The notes: a model not told the origin generated them from the letters alone. A stretch of 64,000 nucleotides of DNA from an uncultured Nitrospiraceae bacterium (GCA_963705105.1 CAVPIW010000007.1:96001-160000); one strand, 5' to 3'; counted from the first letter of the stretch, positions 38,544 through 49,113 are shown. Translations and numbers: made by a program.

Positions 38544-39132
38544 CCCTATCGTTGCATACGCCCGACCGAAAGGTGGGGCGAAGAGGCCACTGCATGAGTC
38601 ATTAAATCATTTCCAGCAGTCGACAGTCGCAACCAGACCACGAACACCGAGGCGGGGAGGCTGATGTGGCGAAAAGCCTTTCCGCTAAGATACCTTGTTC
38701 ATCCCCGGACCACCCTTTGCCGTGTCCGTCGACGTCAAATGCCCGTCAGGCAGCAGGCGCTGAACACCCTGAGATGGACACGTTGCCTCATACGCCGGAC
38801 CGAAAGGCGGGGTGAAGCACCGAAAAGCATCGGTGCTGCGAAACCGCTGCCGTCCCGTTGAGAGCATGGAAGCACAACTGTTGATAATACAAAGGATGAA
38901 ATCTTTACAACCAATAATAACCAATCATGCTCGCTATCAGCGAGGCTTTGAGGCGCTTTGCCCTGCCTTTCGGTGCACCTGCCGAAATGGTCCTCATCAT
39001 CGCATTGGAAAGGATTTGAACCATATCTGCCTTCCCGGAGGCAGCGGCAGCGGTAGTGACACCGACACTGACACTCACACTGTCACTGTTTTTCAGAGCG
39101 CTTCGCCCCGCCTTTTCATGCAGCGACAAGGT
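38544..39132 (+). repeat. Modular inverted-repeat element copy H, with a second family member nested at ~38770-38991
   Basis: Outer ends CCCTATCGTTGCA / TGCAGCGACAAGGT; inner GAAAGGCGGGGTG ... GCCCTGCCTTTCGGTGCA; ~300 bp near-identical in reverse to 63668-63979. Confidence 0.9.
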
Positions 39133-39138
39133 ATATAT

Positions 39139-40788
39139 TTATTGTCTGCCGACTGACAACTGCCTGCTGTCATCGATGGGCAAGGAAATCAGGAACTCCG
39201 TCCCCTTGCCGGCCCCGCTCGTTACCGTCACATCACCCCTGTGGTCACGGATGATCCGTTCCACGCAGGCAAGGCCGAGGCCGGAACCGCGGGTCTTCGT
39301 CGTGAAGAAGGGCTTGAAGATCTCCGATGTCACCTCCTCGCTGATCCCGGTGCCGGTGTCTTTCACCGAGATCTGTACCCGCGAATCGGCAAGCTCCGTC
39401 GCCACCCTGATCGTATCGCCCTCCTTTGTCGCGTCGAGGGCGTTGACGAGGATGTTCAGAAGGGCCTGTTTGAACTGGTTCGGGTCGAAGGAGAAGGGCG
39501 GAATGCGCTCGTCCAGGGCCGTCACCACCTCGACGTTGTTCTCCGTCGCCTCCTGCCTGATGAGCTCCACCGTCTCCCCTATGACGTCGTTCAGTTCGGC
39601 GACCCGGAGATTGAGAGGAGAGGGTTTCGAAAACCTGAGGTAGCTGGTGACGATCTCGTTCAGCCTCTTCGTCTCCTCTTCGATGATGGACAGGAATTCC
39701 CGGAGCACCTCTCCCTGGAAATTGTTCTGGAGGTATGAAACAGCGCCGCGAATGGCGTTCAGCGGGTTCTTGATCTCATGGGCGACGGTCATGGACATCT
39801 GGCCCAGGGCCGAGAGCTTTTCGAGGCGCGTCTTTTCCCTGTTCGTCTCTTCCAGGTCCTCCATACTCTTTTTCAGCCTTCCCGTCATCTCGTTGAATCC
39901 CTCAATGAGTTCACCGATTTCATCGCCGCAGGATTCACGGTAAACCGAGCACTCCCGGCACAGCGTGATCTTCTCCGCCGTTGCTCCTTGGGCAGCGCCG
40001 AAGCAGAGGGTGTCCGGCACCGTCCAGCACCTTTTCCTGCCATAGGCGGGACATTCGTCACGAACGCAGCCCAGCATTTCGCGGCAGTCGGCGAGGTATT
40101 CGTTGGGCACCTCGACATCGAGATTCCCCTGCTGCACCTGCTCCATCCCGTCTTTCAGGCGATTCATGGGCGTTGTGAGAACCCTCGCGAGCCACAGGGA
40201 CCCCCAGATACCTCCTGCCATGACGAGGGCCGACACGAGAAGGATGTGATTCCTCAGGCCCTTCATCGTGTCCTCGATGACCGCGTCGATGCCCTGCGTC
40301 GAGAAGCCCGCCACAGCCATGCCCATCACCTCATAGCCCACTTTGACGGGGACCCTGATCTCCTTGACGGTATCATCCGGGTTATCAGCGGTGACGTCCT
40401 TTCCCTTCCTGACGATCACAAGAGGTTGCGTGACCGGTCCTCCCGCATCCCGTCCGCCGAGGAGCTTCCGGTTCGTGTGGGCAAGTATCCTCCCCTCCTG
40501 ATCGACGAGAGCGGCATAGAGGCACCCCGGCGTCTGGTCCGTGATCCTGACCAGCTCGTCGAGCCTCAGCGGGTCCGTTGAAATGAGAGGTTCAAGGGCG
40601 TCCTTCGCGAGGTTGTTTACGATGAGGAGATGGTTCCCCTCCATCTCCGACCTCAGGGACATTTTCTGGTGATTGATGATGAGGGTATTGACCGTCACCA
40701 TCATGACGAATATAAGGAAAATGAAGGCGAGGGAGAATTTCTGGACGAGGCTCAGGCCCCTGAAGAAACGTCTGATCCGAGCCGTCAT
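39139..40788 (-). CDS. Membrane sensor histidine kinase with a Cys-rich insert in the HAMP region
   Basis: Two TM helices; 'AHEIKNPL'; 'NILVNA', 'DTGTG', 'FFTTK..GSGLGL'; 7-Cys insert. Confidence 0.95.
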   Translation of the reverse strand: MTARIRRFFRGLSLVQKFSLAFIFLIFVMMVTVNTLIINHQKMSLRSEMEGNHLLIVNNLAKDALEPLISTDPLRLDELVRITDQTPGCLYAALVDQEGRILAHTNRKLLGGRDAGGPVTQPLVIVRKGKDVTADNPDDTVKEIRVPVKVGYEVMGMAVAGFSTQGIDAVIEDTMKGLRNHILLVSALVMAGGIWGSLWLARVLTTPMNRLKDGMEQVQQGNLDVEVPNEYLADCREMLGCVRDECPAYGRKRCWTVPDTLCFGAAQGATAEKITLCRECSVYRESCGDEIGELIEGFNEMTGRLKKSMEDLEETNREKTRLEKLSALGQMSMTVAHEIKNPLNAIRGAVSYLQNNFQGEVLREFLSIIEEETKRLNEIVTSYLRFSKPSPLNLRVAELNDVIGETVELIRQEATENNVEVVTALDERIPPFSFDPNQFKQALLNILVNALDATKEGDTIRVATELADSRVQISVKDTGTGISEEVTSEIFKPFFTTKTRGSGLGLACVERIIRDHRGDVTVTSGAGKGTEFLISLPIDDSRQLSVGRQ

Positions 40789-40790
40789 CG

Positions 40791-42470
40791 TCAGTATCCT
40801 TTCAGGGCCTCGAATTCCCGCTCGTCAGCGGCCCTGAAGGCCCTGATCTTCGCCGCCGCGAGGATCTCGCGGTCCTTCAGCTCGATGAGATGGCGCTTCA
40901 CATCCCTGACGAGAGCGGGCGGGGCGTTTCCCGCAGCAGCAAACGGCCAGTTCGGGAGGGGTTTCGTATAGGCGAGGACACGGATCTTCGTCATGTCGAT
41001 TTCTTCCCGCACCACCTCAAGGGCCGATTCCCGGACGAAGCCGGCGTCGGCCTCGCCCTTGTAGACCCCGAGAATGACCGTCTCCTGCCGTTTCGCATCG
41101 ACGATTCTCATCTCTTTGTCCACATCGATGCCCATCTGCGCGAAAAAGAGCTTCTGCGAAAGGTAGCCGCCTGCCGATTTCCTCGACACGATCATCACCC
41201 GTTTGTTCCTGATGTCCCTCACATTTTTCAGCTTGCTGTCGTCCCTCGTGATGATGACCCCCCTGAAGCTGTCCTGCTGGCCGGGACGGTCTTCGGACTC
41301 GCTCGTGTCATCCACGGTCGTCACAAGCGGCCTGATGTCCACCTCTTTGTCGATGAGGGCGAAGATATAGGGGTTCTGGTATGAGAACTCGGCCTTCCTG
41401 CCCTTGACGACCCGCATGAAGTCCTCGAAATCCTTTGGTATGACCAGCTTGAACTCCCTTCCCGTCCTCTTTGAGAGATATCGCATAAGAGGCTCGTAGC
41501 GGTCATAGATGGTGATCGCCGAATAGAGGGGCAACACGGCGACCCTGACGGACCGGGGCCCGTACTCGAGATAGTCCCTGCCCGTAGTGTTCCTGATCAT
41601 GACCCGCACCACATCGAAGTCCCTGTCTTCCGCTGCGGCAAAACGCTCGATGTCCTTGTCGATGGCAGCCAGAACGGCCTTGTCGCCGAGAGAAACGAGG
41701 GTGCGGGCGATCTCTTTTTTCTGATCATCGCCGAGCCTGTCCGTCGAGCAGAAAAAAAACTGGGGGATCGCCTCGGAGGCCTTGATGATCTTCAGTCCGT
41801 CGGCAAGGTATTTTCTCGCAACCGATTCGCTGATCCCCCCGACGTCGTGATTGCCTATGAGAACGGAGAGGGCGATCCTGTCCTCCTGGTTGAGGTAATC
41901 GACGGCGGCGAAATCTTTCATGCCGATGCCGACGTCGAGCAGGAGTGCGAGGGGAATGAGGTAGCTGAAGGATGAACGCTCATTGCCGAGGGCCAGTTTC
42001 TTTCCCCTGACATCGACGATCTTTTCGATGCCTGAACCGCTTTTCGTCACAAGTACGCTGCGCGATGAGGCCCCGTCACGGCCCAAAGCCTTTACAAGCG
42101 GCTGTATGCGATCCCGGTAGCGGGCCCTCACCTCGCAGTACGTAGCGGGATCGAGGCAGGCGATGTGCACGCGGCCGTTCCCGATATCGGTAATCGCCGT
42201 CTCGTAATCCCGGGCGATCCGCAGCTCGACGGGAACGCCGAGGGCCTTTTCGAGATGGTATTTCAGCGGAAGGAACCGTTCATACATAGCTCCCGAACTC
42301 TCCACAGGCAGGAGCAGGAGCGTCAGCTGCCGGGCAGAGGGCGTCGGAGCAGCCGCTTTGTTTATGTCAGCTGCAGGAGGGGATTGCGGCGACGGTGAGC
42401 CGCCCTGTCCCGTGCAGGCCGCCAGGACGAGAATCACGATGGTGAGTGCGATCGACTTCAAAGTATCCAC
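40791..42470 (-). CDS. Lipoprotein with two PhnD-like (phosphate/phosphonate-type) substrate-binding domains
   Basis: Lipobox 'LAAC'; two domains with 'RSSFSYLIP' / 'KSAGGYLSQ' and 'V..G..D.G..' motifs; directly upstream of the kinase. Confidence 0.82.
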   Translation of the reverse strand: MDTLKSIALTIVILVLAACTGQGGSPSPQSPPAADINKAAAPTPSARQLTLLLLPVESSGAMYERFLPLKYHLEKALGVPVELRIARDYETAITDIGNGRVHIACLDPATYCEVRARYRDRIQPLVKALGRDGASSRSVLVTKSGSGIEKIVDVRGKKLALGNERSSFSYLIPLALLLDVGIGMKDFAAVDYLNQEDRIALSVLIGNHDVGGISESVARKYLADGLKIIKASEAIPQFFFCSTDRLGDDQKKEIARTLVSLGDKAVLAAIDKDIERFAAAEDRDFDVVRVMIRNTTGRDYLEYGPRSVRVAVLPLYSAITIYDRYEPLMRYLSKRTGREFKLVIPKDFEDFMRVVKGRKAEFSYQNPYIFALIDKEVDIRPLVTTVDDTSESEDRPGQQDSFRGVIITRDDSKLKNVRDIRNKRVMIVSRKSAGGYLSQKLFFAQMGIDVDKEMRIVDAKRQETVILGVYKGEADAGFVRESALEVVREEIDMTKIRVLAYTKPLPNWPFAAAGNAPPALVRDVKRHLIELKDREILAAAKIRAFRAADEREFEALKGY

Positions 42471-42548
42471 AATCGGGATTATTTTCCGGACACTCTCTGT
42501 GCTCTCTGTGACCTCTGTGGCTGAATTGCCTTTCTGCCCCTTTATTCC

Positions 42549-43178
42549 TTATCTGAGGAACTGTGCCGAGAACATGTTGAACTTTTTTTCGTGGCCGATC
42601 GTCGTCACCGGCCCATGGCCCGAGAGGACGCGGGTGTCCGCCGGCAGTTCCATGAGCCTCCGGAAGGACTGCCCGATGAGACTCATGCTGCCGCCGTGGA
42701 AATCGGTCCTCCCGATAGACCCCGCAAAGAGGGTGTCACCGGTGATGACAAAGCCTTCCCGGTACAGGCAGATGCCGCCGGGGCTGTGTCCCGGAGATTC
42801 GAACACCTTGAATTCAAGCGATCCCACCGAGATGAGGTCTCCCTCGGCCACAAAAAGGTCCGGGTCGGGCAGCGGGTCGATGTCAAAGCCCCAGAAGGCG
42901 GCCATGTCCCGGGCGGCCTGATAAATCTCCATCTCCTCCCGGTTCAGGACGACCTTGCCTCCCGTCTCCTTCTTGATATCGCTGACTGCGCCCACATGAT
43001 CGAAGTGTCCGTGCGTGCAGACGACATAGTCGACAGTGAAGTCCTTTTCTTTGATGGCATCAAGGATCCTGTCGGGCTCATCGCCGGGATCGATGACCAT
43101 AGATTTCCTGCTCTCCACATCGCCGATGATGTAGCAGTTGACCTGCAGAGGTCCTACGACAAGGCTTTTGATGAACAT
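42549..43178 (-). CDS. MBL-fold hydrolase (glyoxalase II-like)
   Basis: 'THGHFDH', 'PGHSPG', 'GDTLF..SIGRTD', 'SGHG'. Confidence 0.93.
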   Translation of the reverse strand: MFIKSLVVGPLQVNCYIIGDVESRKSMVIDPGDEPDRILDAIKEKDFTVDYVVCTHGHFDHVGAVSDIKKETGGKVVLNREEMEIYQAARDMAAFWGFDIDPLPDPDLFVAEGDLISVGSLEFKVFESPGHSPGGICLYREGFVITGDTLFAGSIGRTDFHGGSMSLIGQSFRRLMELPADTRVLSGHGPVTTIGHEKKFNMFSAQFLR

Positions 43179-43264
43179 GGCAACTCCTTATCTATATGAA
43201 TTTATATGACCGATTTGTCTTACATGTCCTATATTATGACACAACGCAGCAGGGCCGGCATACG

Positions 43265-44866
43265 TCACCTCTTCCTCAGCTTGCCGGCGAGATACCCCAT
43301 CTCTTCGCTCCTGAACAAAAAAGCCGCTGCGCAATAGACACCGACGCAGAGCAAGATCGAGAAGAGGAGATAGGCCGCCTTCCGGATGATCTCTCCCCCT
43401 GACATCCAGAAGGGGCCCGTCACCACAAACCATCCGGCGATGCCCATGACGATCGAGGCGCCGGCGGTCTTTGCGAAGGACGTGAGGATTCTCCCCGTGC
43501 CTATATGCCCGAGTCTCCTGCGCAGGAGGAAGAAGAGCATCGTGAAATTGAAGCATGAGGCGAGGGCCGTCGCAAGGGCGAGTCCGTTATGTTTCAGCGG
43601 TCCCATGAGAACGAGGCTGAGGGCGATGTTGATCATGACGGCGGCGAAGGCGACTTTCACAGGCGTCTTCGTGTCCTGGAGGGAATAGAATCCTGCCGTG
43701 ATGATCCTGACGCCGACGATCGCCCATATCCCGACGGAGTAAAACATCAGGGCATCCGATGTGCCGATCGTCGCCTCGGGACCGAACAGTCCCCGCTGGA
43801 ACAGGGTGCTGACGATGGGGACCCTGAGGGCGATGAGGCCGATCATGGCGGGCACGGTGATGAAGAAGAGCAACCTCAGGGAGAAGGAAAAGTCCTCCTT
43901 CAGCCTGTCGAGATCTCCCTTTGCGGCATGCTCGGAGAGCGCCGGCAGTGCGGCCATGCCCATGGCGACGCCGAAAATACCGATGGGGAACTGGATAAGC
44001 CTCATGGAGTAGTAAAGGTACGTGATGCTCCCTTCGGGGAGATAAGACGCGAGGATCGTGCTGATGAAAATGTTGATCTGGGCCACGGCAAGTCCTGCCG
44101 TGGAAGGGATGATAAGCATGCCGATCCTCCTGACGCCGGGATGGAGAAAGGGCTCGGCATTCTTGCCCGGGATATTCTCCGCCTGTTTTGCATGCCTCCC
44201 CGTTCGAAAAAAACTGAACCCCTCTCTGAAAAAGGCGGGGGTCTGTATGAGGAACTGGACCAGGCCCCCGGCCGTAACGCCGATCGCGACGGCTATGATG
44301 GGATCCGCGAACGAGGAAGACAGGGTGAATATGCTGGCGATGATGACGATATTGAGCAGAGCCGGCGCGAAGGCGGGAACGAAGAACGTCCCTCTCGTGT
44401 TGAGGGCGCCCATGGTCAGGGAGGCCAGGCTGATGAACAGGAGAAAGGGGAACATGATCCGCGTCAGCAGGACCGTCATCGAGAACTTCTCTGTGTCCGG
44501 CAGGAAACCGGGGGCGATAAGAGACACGATGTAGGGAGCGGCGGCAATGCCGAGAAGGCAGATGAAGCCGACGAACAGCACGATCACCCTGAAGGTCGCC
44601 CTCACGAGCCTGTTCGCCTCTTCCCTGCCCTGCTTCGTCTGATACTCTGTCAGGATCGGGATGAAGGCGGACGACATGGAACCCTCGGCGAAGAGTTCCC
44701 TGAGCAGGTTGGGGATCCTGAAGGCGACGAAAAAGACATCGGCAGTGCCCGTGGCGCCGAAGAAACCGGCGAGGATCATGTCCTTGATATACCCCAGGAC
44801 CCTGCTGATGAGCGTGGCGACGGACATCGCCCCCGCCGCCCTCGTGATTTTCCCCTGCGCGCTCAC
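43265..44866 (-). CDS. murJ: Lipid II flippase MurJ
   Basis: 'SRVLGY.KD', 'AFRIPNLLRELFAEG', 'RLIQFPIG', 'DTKTP'. Confidence 0.96.
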   Translation of the reverse strand: MSAQGKITRAAGAMSVATLISRVLGYIKDMILAGFFGATGTADVFFVAFRIPNLLRELFAEGSMSSAFIPILTEYQTKQGREEANRLVRATFRVIVLFVGFICLLGIAAAPYIVSLIAPGFLPDTEKFSMTVLLTRIMFPFLLFISLASLTMGALNTRGTFFVPAFAPALLNIVIIASIFTLSSSFADPIIAVAIGVTAGGLVQFLIQTPAFFREGFSFFRTGRHAKQAENIPGKNAEPFLHPGVRRIGMLIIPSTAGLAVAQINIFISTILASYLPEGSITYLYYSMRLIQFPIGIFGVAMGMAALPALSEHAAKGDLDRLKEDFSFSLRLLFFITVPAMIGLIALRVPIVSTLFQRGLFGPEATIGTSDALMFYSVGIWAIVGVRIITAGFYSLQDTKTPVKVAFAAVMINIALSLVLMGPLKHNGLALATALASCFNFTMLFFLLRRRLGHIGTGRILTSFAKTAGASIVMGIAGWFVVTGPFWMSGGEIIRKAAYLLFSILLCVGVYCAAAFLFRSEEMGYLAGKLRKR

Positions 44867-44874
44867 GCGCGTTC

Positions 44875-45177
44875 ACCTTTCAATTGCATGAAAAAGCGGG
44901 GCGAAGCGCCTCAAAGCCTTGCTGAAGGCGACGGTGAGTATTGTCAGGTTCATCGTTCAGGATTGTACTTTCCAGTTTGAAAAGGCGGGACAAAGTGCCT
45001 CAAAGCCTTGCCGATAGCGAGCATGATCATTTGAAATGGGACATTCGGGATTCCACCCTTTGCGTTATCAACCGTCGGCCTGACATGATCCGTATGGGAA
45101 GGCAAAGGTTTCGCAGCACCAAGGCTTTTCGGCATCTTCGCCCCGCCTTTCCGGATGTCCTATTGCATCGATACGGT
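44875..45177 (-). repeat. Modular inverted-repeat element copy I (two tandem right ends)
   Basis: TTGCATGAAAAAGCGGGGCG at 44884; second GAAAAGGCGGGAC at ~44979; left end CCCCGCCTTTCC..TTGCATCGATACGGT. Confidence 0.88.
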
Positions 45178-45606
45178 TCACTTCGACTGAACGCCGGCTT
45201 TGCTTTTCTCGTCCTCCTGCACGAAGTCTCCGTAATGTTTACGGGCGCATTCCGGGCAGAGGCCGTGGGAAAATTCCGCTGCAGAGTGTTCGGAAATGTA
45301 GCTCTCGATGGGCGTCCATTCGTCGTCGACGCGGATCTTCTTACAGAAGAGACAGACGGGGAGGAAACCCTCGAGGTATTTGATCCTGTTCAGCAGCCGC
45401 CAGGTCAGCAAGACGGTGAAGACACCGAGGACGAGCGTCAGAGAAGCCTCGAAGAAACTCTCCACCCAGTTGATCGGCGTTGCCGGAACGCCGAAGATGT
45501 GATGGGGAAGGTCGAAGACCTCGTCGGCAAAGAGAAAGAGAATCACGATGCCGAAGCCGATTATCTCGTAAAAAATAATCGTTTTCGCTATCCCTTTTTT
45601 TGTCAT
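45178..45606 (-). CDS. Small membrane protein with a Cys-rich tail typical of signalling proteins
   Basis: Two TM helices; 'LEGFLPVCLFCKKIR...W..IESYI....FSHGLCPEC'; AGGAGG before ATG 45606. Confidence 0.85.
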   Translation of the reverse strand: MTKKGIAKTIIFYEIIGFGIVILFLFADEVFDLPHHIFGVPATPINWVESFFEASLTLVLGVFTVLLTWRLLNRIKYLEGFLPVCLFCKKIRVDDEWTPIESYISEHSAAEFSHGLCPECARKHYGDFVQEDEKSKAGVQSK

Positions 45607-45762
45607 GACCTTCCTCCTGCCTCTGTGCTTCAAGCCGCTGATCGCTCAACCGGACAGGCTGCGACGGCGCTCCATATTATACACCTTTCCGGCCTCATGA
45701 CGTATCGCCGGGGTCTTTCTGAAGAGACTGTCTCACGCAAAGCCGCACAGTGCGCAAAGAAG

Positions 45763-45973
45763 ACCTTATCGTTGCATACGCCTTCCGGAAAGGCGGGGTG
45801 TATGCGCTGAAAACCTTGCTGCGGCGACACCTGTATCTCAAGGAAAGGCGAATTATAAACCAATGGTCGATGACACAAAGAGTGGATTCCTGAAACACGA
45901 AGCTGACAATGCGTATCGTCGCCTTCAGCAAGGCTTTGAGGCGCTTTGCCCCGCCTTTTCATACAACAGAAAG
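45763..45973 (+). repeat. Modular inverted-repeat element copy J
   Basis: ACCTTATCGTTGCA..GGAAAGGCGGGGTG ... GCCCCGCCTTTTCATACAAC. Confidence 0.9.
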
Positions 45974-45979
45974 AAAGAT

Positions 45980-46864
45980 TCATGATCCAGCCGTAAAACC
46001 GACGAATATTCTCGGTATGCCGGCGTAATCCTTCCTGACTTCGGCTGACACGAGCCCGGCGCCGAGGGCGATATCCTGCACCTCTGCAGCCTGCCCGTAT
46101 CCGACTTCCATGAGGAGCATTCCCTTTTCTCCGAGGCGTGCCGGCGCCCCGGCGATGATCCTTCGGTAGAACAACAGCCCATCGTCCCCGCCGTCAAGTG
46201 CTTCGGAAGGTTCGAAGTCCCGGATCTCCCGTTGCAGCCCCCCCATGTCCTCTGTCCGTATGTAGGGCGGGTTGGCGGTGATGCAGTCGAAGCGTTCCGG
46301 TCCAAGGGGTTCATACAAATCTCCGAGAAGGAAACGCACATTGTCTGTTCGATTGGAGGCGGCGTTATCGATGGCGTACCGGAGGGCTGCGGCAGAGCTG
46401 TCAATGCCGTAAACGTCCGAGGCGGGGAAAGCCCGGGCAAGGGCGATGGCTATGCAGCCGCTGCCGGTGCAGAGATCGAGCACCCTCAGGCGCTCGCCAG
46501 TCAAGGACCCATCCGGTTCATCCCGGACGCTGCGTTTTTTCTTCAGCTCACTGATCGTTTCCATAACGAGAAGCTCTGTCTCCGGTCTCGGGATGAGCAC
46601 GCCGGGGCCGACATGAATCCGCAACCCGAGGAAATCGATGTGCCCGATGATATACTGGAGAGGCTCCCCCCCCGCGCGACGCGCCGTCCGGGAGTCGATT
46701 TCATGCAGAAGGCTTTCGCTGATATCGGGATCGTCCCTGAAGAATACATCCGCCGTTATGCCGAGTGTTTCGGTTATGAGAGTGAGGGACTCTTTTTCGG
46801 CATCAGGTATGCCGGACTGCCGGAGGATGCGGGAAAGGTCTGACAACTTCTCGGAAGATCTCAC
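45980..46864 (-). CDS. prmC: Release factor glutamine methyltransferase
   Basis: 'EPLQYI', 'VLIPRPETE', 'DLCTGSG', 'NPPY'. Confidence 0.96.
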   Translation of the reverse strand: MRSSEKLSDLSRILRQSGIPDAEKESLTLITETLGITADVFFRDDPDISESLLHEIDSRTARRAGGEPLQYIIGHIDFLGLRIHVGPGVLIPRPETELLVMETISELKKKRSVRDEPDGSLTGERLRVLDLCTGSGCIAIALARAFPASDVYGIDSSAAALRYAIDNAASNRTDNVRFLLGDLYEPLGPERFDCITANPPYIRTEDMGGLQREIRDFEPSEALDGGDDGLLFYRRIIAGAPARLGEKGMLLMEVGYGQAAEVQDIALGAGLVSAEVRKDYAGIPRIFVGFTAGS

Positions 46865-47925
46865 ATCTCCCGGAGCCGCTCCGTCTGATAGTGCGTGCTG
46901 AGGGCGTCAATGATGTCGTCCAGGTCGCCCTCGAGGACCTGCTCGAGCTTATGCAGCGTCAGTCCGACGCGGTGGTCCGTCACCCTGTTCTGGGGATAGT
47001 TGTACGTCCTGATGCGCTCGCTCCTGTCGCCTGTGCCGACCTGTGTCTTTCTATCGGCGGCGCGCTCTTTTTCCTTGCGCTCCATCTCGAACTCCAGGAG
47101 TCGTGACCTGAGCACTTTCATGGCCTTGTCACGGTTCTTTATCTGGGAGCGCTCGTCCTGACACTGGACGACCATGCCCGTAGGGATGTGAGTGATCCGG
47201 ACCGCCGAATAGGTTGTGTTCACGCCCTGCCCGCCGGGACCGGAAGCGCAGAAGGTGTCGACACGGAGGTCCTTTTCATCGACCTTGATGTCCACCTCCT
47301 CCGCCTCAGGAAGGACAGCGACCGTTGCAGCGGATGTGTGGATCCTCCCGGACGCCTCGGTGACAGGCACGCGCTGGACGCGGTGGACACCGCTTTCATA
47401 CTTCAGCCGGCTGTATGCCCCTTTCCCGATGATCGATGCCGTGACCTCCTTGAGTCCGCCGATACCGGTGGGGCTGATATCGATCACCTCGATCTTCCAT
47501 CTCCTCTGTTCGGCATACTTCGAGTACATCCGGAAGAGGGATGCGCCGAACAGGGCCGCCTCTTCGCCTCCCGTCCCGGCCCTGATCTCGAGGATGACGT
47601 TCCGTTCGTCTCTCGGGTCCTTCGGCAGGAGCATGATCCGCAGCTCTTCCTCGATAAGAGGCCTCTTTTGCTTCAGCCCGTCGAGCTCCTCCTGTGCCAG
47701 TTCCCTCATGTCGCCGTCGCCGCCCTTCAGAAGCTCCTCGGCATCATCGATCTCGGCGAGCACCTTCATGTACGTCACGATTTTGTCGACAAGGGGCTGG
47801 AGATCGGACTGTTCCTTGGAATAGCGCTGATACTCCTGGTGGTTCGAGAATACATCAGGGTTGGACAGCTCCTTCGTGATCTCATCATATTTCTCCCGTA
47901 TACCCCTGAGCTTGTCGAGCATCAT
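46861..47925 (-). CDS. prfA: Peptide chain release factor 1
   Basis: 'RVPVTE' (PxT), 'GGQ', 'RSERIRTYN'. Confidence 0.98.
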   Translation of the reverse strand: MMLDKLRGIREKYDEITKELSNPDVFSNHQEYQRYSKEQSDLQPLVDKIVTYMKVLAEIDDAEELLKGGDGDMRELAQEELDGLKQKRPLIEEELRIMLLPKDPRDERNVILEIRAGTGGEEAALFGASLFRMYSKYAEQRRWKIEVIDISPTGIGGLKEVTASIIGKGAYSRLKYESGVHRVQRVPVTEASGRIHTSAATVAVLPEAEEVDIKVDEKDLRVDTFCASGPGGQGVNTTYSAVRITHIPTGMVVQCQDERSQIKNRDKAMKVLRSRLLEFEMERKEKERAADRKTQVGTGDRSERIRTYNYPQNRVTDHRVGLTLHKLEQVLEGDLDDIIDALSTHYQTERLREM

Positions 47926-48809
47926 TTCGCCCGTCCCTCCATGGCGAGGACGGCTTCAACGGCCGCCAGGGCGACCTCGATCTGCGCCTCGTCCGGTTCC
48001 CGGACGGTCAGACGCTGAAGGAGGAGGCCCGGAAGAGTGATGAGTCCCATGATGGAGCTGTCTTTCATCTTGGCCGAATACCGCAGGATCTCGTAGGAAA
48101 TACCGGCGATGACGGGCATGAGAACGATCCGCGCCCCCGCTTTCCAGAGGAAGGGCCAGTGCTGGGGGATGAGCGAGAAGATGAGTATGCTGATCACCAT
48201 GACGATGAGGAGGAAACTCGTGCCGCACCGCGGGTGATAGGGCCTGTATTTCCGGGCGTTTTCGACGGTCAGGGCCTCGCCGGCCTCATAGGCGTAGATC
48301 ACCTTGTGCTCTGCGCCGTGGTATTCATAGATCCGTCTCATCTCCCTCCACATGCCGATGGTGAAAACGTACAGGAGAAAGATGCCCACCCTGAGCACAC
48401 CGTCGACGAGATTAAAGAGAAACGATTGCTCAGCCACACCCTGCGATACCATACCGACGAGCTTCGTGAGGTACAGAGGCAGGATGATAAAGAGACCAAC
48501 GGCGAGAAGAAAGGCGGCGCCTATGGAGAAGGCCATGCTGAGAGGGCCGGGGGCCTTCTCGTTTTCCCCCTCGAAAGCGACGGTCCCCGAATATTCGATC
48601 GCCTTGATACCGATATAGAGGGCCTGAAAAAGGGCGATGACCCCCCTGACGAGGCACATTTTGAAGATCTTCGGCGGTTCCTTCGTCTCTACCGTTTTAA
48701 GGTTGATTTCCCCTTTCGGGTTCCTGACGGCCACGCTCCATCCCTTGGGGGACTTCATCATGACCCCCTCGATAACGGCCTGACCGCCTATATTTTTTAC
48801 ATGATTCAT
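47922..48809 (-). CDS. DUF1385-family membrane protein
   Basis: '[12 protein letters not shown]', 'YHGAEHK', 'HPRCGTSF'; rpmE-DUF1385-prfA synteny. Confidence 0.92.
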   Translation of the reverse strand: MNHVKNIGGQAVIEGVMMKSPKGWSVAVRNPKGEINLKTVETKEPPKIFKMCLVRGVIALFQALYIGIKAIEYSGTVAFEGENEKAPGPLSMAFSIGAAFLLAVGLFIILPLYLTKLVGMVSQGVAEQSFLFNLVDGVLRVGIFLLYVFTIGMWREMRRIYEYHGAEHKVIYAYEAGEALTVENARKYRPYHPRCGTSFLLIVMVISILIFSLIPQHWPFLWKAGARIVLMPVIAGISYEILRYSAKMKDSSIMGLITLPGLLLQRLTVREPDEAQIEVALAAVEAVLAMEGRAK

Positions 48810-48912
48810 GGTTGAAAAACACTCCTGTCCCGGATTTTTACGGGCGATTGTTCATAAAAAGCATAGGGGCGTATGCCTACGCCCCTGTTGGTAACGGAAC
48901 CGCTGAATACCG

Positions 48913-49113
48913 CTACTTCTTCGCGTATTTCTTCTTGAACTTCTCGACCCTGCCCTCCGTGTCGAGGACCCTCTGCTTGCCCGTAAAAAAGGGATGGCAC
49001 TTGGAGCAGATATCGAGGCGGATGCTCTGCCTCGTCGAACGGGTTTCAAAGGACTCTCCGCAGGCGCACACGATCTTTGTCGCATCATATTTGGGATGAA
49101 TTTTTTCTTTCAC
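48913..49113 (-). CDS. rpmE: 50S ribosomal protein L31 (Zn-binding type)
   Basis: 'IHPKY..CACG...[12 protein letters not shown]'. Confidence 0.98.
   Translation of the reverse strand: MKEKIHPKYDATKIVCACGESFETRSTRQSIRLDICSKCHPFFTGKQRVLDTEGRVEKFKKKYAKK

Noticed and set aside
44228..44242. GAAAAAGGCGGGG inside murJ resembling the element terminus
   Set aside because: Encodes ordinary MurJ sequence (TPAFF) and has no partner end or module; probably chance
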